A stretch of 64,000 bases of DNA. Origin: Azolla caroliniana (taxonomy: Eukaryota > Plantae > Polypodiophyta). Under the pieces are notes generated by a model, which saw only the letters and a list, made by a program, of their open reading frames with translations, ran no database searches and had not been told where the DNA came from. Positions 62,067 to 64,000 of this stretch are shown here, piece after piece. The stretch covers positions 12,896,001-12,960,000 of the forward strand of contig JBHGNT010000009.1 of the NCBI GenBank assembly GCA_043228905.1, read 5' to 3'. The first letter of the stretch is position 1; every line of letters starts with the position of its first letter. The position numbers and the translations under genes are program-made.

Positions 62067-64000
62067 ACCCTTTCGGTCGGCTTGTCTACTCGTGCGACCT
62101 TTCTTAGCTCCCTTAATGTTGCGGTGTTGGTGCCTGTTCCACTGCCCTTTCCTCCGCTTGGCCTTCAGTTGATTCGGTGTCTCCGAATCGAACATTCGAA
62201 CCGAATCGGCAGTCTCCGATTCATTTCCGCTCTTGCCCGAATTGGCTGTCTCCAATTCGTCTTCTATCTTCCGGCCCTTAATGACATCAGGCCATGTCTT
62301 GGTCTTGGCCTTCTCGCCCTTCTTCGCTTCATCTCGCCCTTGTTCGATTGATTCCGACTCTTCCCTTCGATTGCTGCCCTTGTTTCCACCTTCGGCCTCT
62401 TCAGCCGACCCAAAATCGAATTCTTCATCCGACTCGGCTTCGCAGTCACTTCCTCTCCTTTCCTGGTCTTTTCTCCCCCTCAAATTCGGCACATTGAGGT
62501 GCCGCAAACCAAGCGCACCCAAGAATTGCCGCAACTTGTCGAGACGAAGGGGCTTGGTGAAGATGTGGGTAGTCTGCCGATCTGTCGGAACATACGCTAG
62601 TTCGACTTCACCGGAGAGGACACGCTTGCAGACAAAATTGTAGTGCACCTCAATGTGCTTGGTTAGGGCGTGGAAGACGGGGTTCTTCGCAAGTTGGATG
62701 CTGCTAAGGTTGTCGTAGTAGATCATCATCGGAGCGGACACCTCCACCTGCAGATCCTTGAGTAGCCTCTTTAGTCAAATGGCTTCGCACATCGTGATAC
62801 CCGCTCCTCGATACTCAACCTCTGTGCTTGACAGTGCAATTGTCAGCTTCTTCTTGCTACTTTAGGCGATCGTGGCCCTCCCAAGTGAGAAAGAGAACCC
62901 ATATTTGGACCTACGAGCACCGGCGTTTTTAGACCAATCGGAATACGAGGAGCCGATGAGCTGTTCGGCAATACCAGTCCGATATAGCAGCGCCCTATCC
63001 TTAGTTTCGTGGACATAGCGCAATATCCTTTACACGCATTGAAGGTGTTTGGTCGTGGGCTGCGACATAAATTGACTGACCAGGCTGACCGGGTAACTGA
63101 GATCTGGCCGAGTGATCGTCAAATAAATTAGGCTTCCAACAATATGTCGAAACCGTGTCAGGTCGCACGCCTTTCCCGAATCTCGACGAAGCTTGACGTT
63201 TCTGTCCAGAGGAATTTAGATGGACTTATAGTCTACCATCTCGAACATGAAGAGCATACTCAACATGTTATGTCGTTGGCTGATCAGTATGCCTTCGGGG
63301 GTGCAGATCACTTCGATCCCTAGGAAGTAATGAAGGTCTCCTAGGTCCTTCATGTTGAATGATGCTGCGAGCTCAGACTTTTTGTGGCCGATTTCATCTA
63401 GGTCGGCGCCAACGATGACTAAATCATCAACATAAAGTAAAATACTAACTGGTTCATGTCAAGCTTGTCGGACAAACAATGAAGAGTCCGATTTGGACAT
63501 TGCAAACCCATCCAACCCAGGGGCTGCGTGATCTTTGCGTTCCACGCTTGCGAGGCTTGTTTTCATCTGTAGAGGGACTTCTTTAGTCGGCATACCGCGG
63601 AGGTGTTCTTTCCTGACTGAAATCTAGGGGTTTGTATCATGTACCCTTCTTCTTCAAGTTCTCCTTGCAAGAACACATTCTTTACATCCACCTGATGTAA
63701 ATGCCACCCTTTTACCGCGGCTACCACAAGCAAGACCCGAGCGATTGTCATGTTCGTGACCGGCGCAAAGATCTCATCGTAGTAGATGTCGTGTTGTTGT
63801 GCGTATCCCTTTGCCACTAACCGGGCCTTGTCACGAGTTGTACTTGACCTTGTACACCCACATGCATCCAATCGGCTTTACACCCTTCGGGGCGTCAACC
63901 AAGTCCCAGGTTTCATTTTTCGTTAGTGCATGCATCTCTTCCTCCATTGCGGCACGTCTATTTGTGTCCTTCACCGCTTCTGCATAGCTTTACGAGCACA
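62067..64000 (-). pseudogene. pol: Ty1/copia RT, RNase H and charged tail
   Basis: KARLVAKGYAQ, HQVDVKNVFL, LKKSLY, LYVDDL, NPVFHALTKHIEVHY, IFTKPL. Confidence 0.92.

Overview
This 64 kb window is a gene-free stack of nested plant LTR retrotransposons. The families look like those of a non-seed land plant such as a moss (inference). I found no host gene, rRNA, functional tRNA or CRISPR array. Five groups are resolved, with LTR ends, PBS/PPT and target-site duplications (TSDs) read by eye: (1) tRNA-Trp-primed Ty3/gypsy elements and solo LTRs with 4-bp TSDs; (2) a Ty3/gypsy family with a TGGCACGC PBS and a coiled-coil ORF after pol; (3) an old Ty3/gypsy family at 268-4063; (4) Tcn1/Tf1-type chromoviruses, one near full length at 54196-59968; (5) tRNA-iMet-primed Ty1/copia elements. 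Almost all ORFs are decayed. The most unusual signals are an inverted PBS (tRNA-Arg 3' end in sense) in place of the polypurine tract at 13681-13697, Pol III A/B-box tRNA-like cassettes in the U3 of four different LTR families, CpG-centred 4-bp TSDs, self-priming sites that differ between two chromoviruses, and a conserved pre-PPT hairpin.
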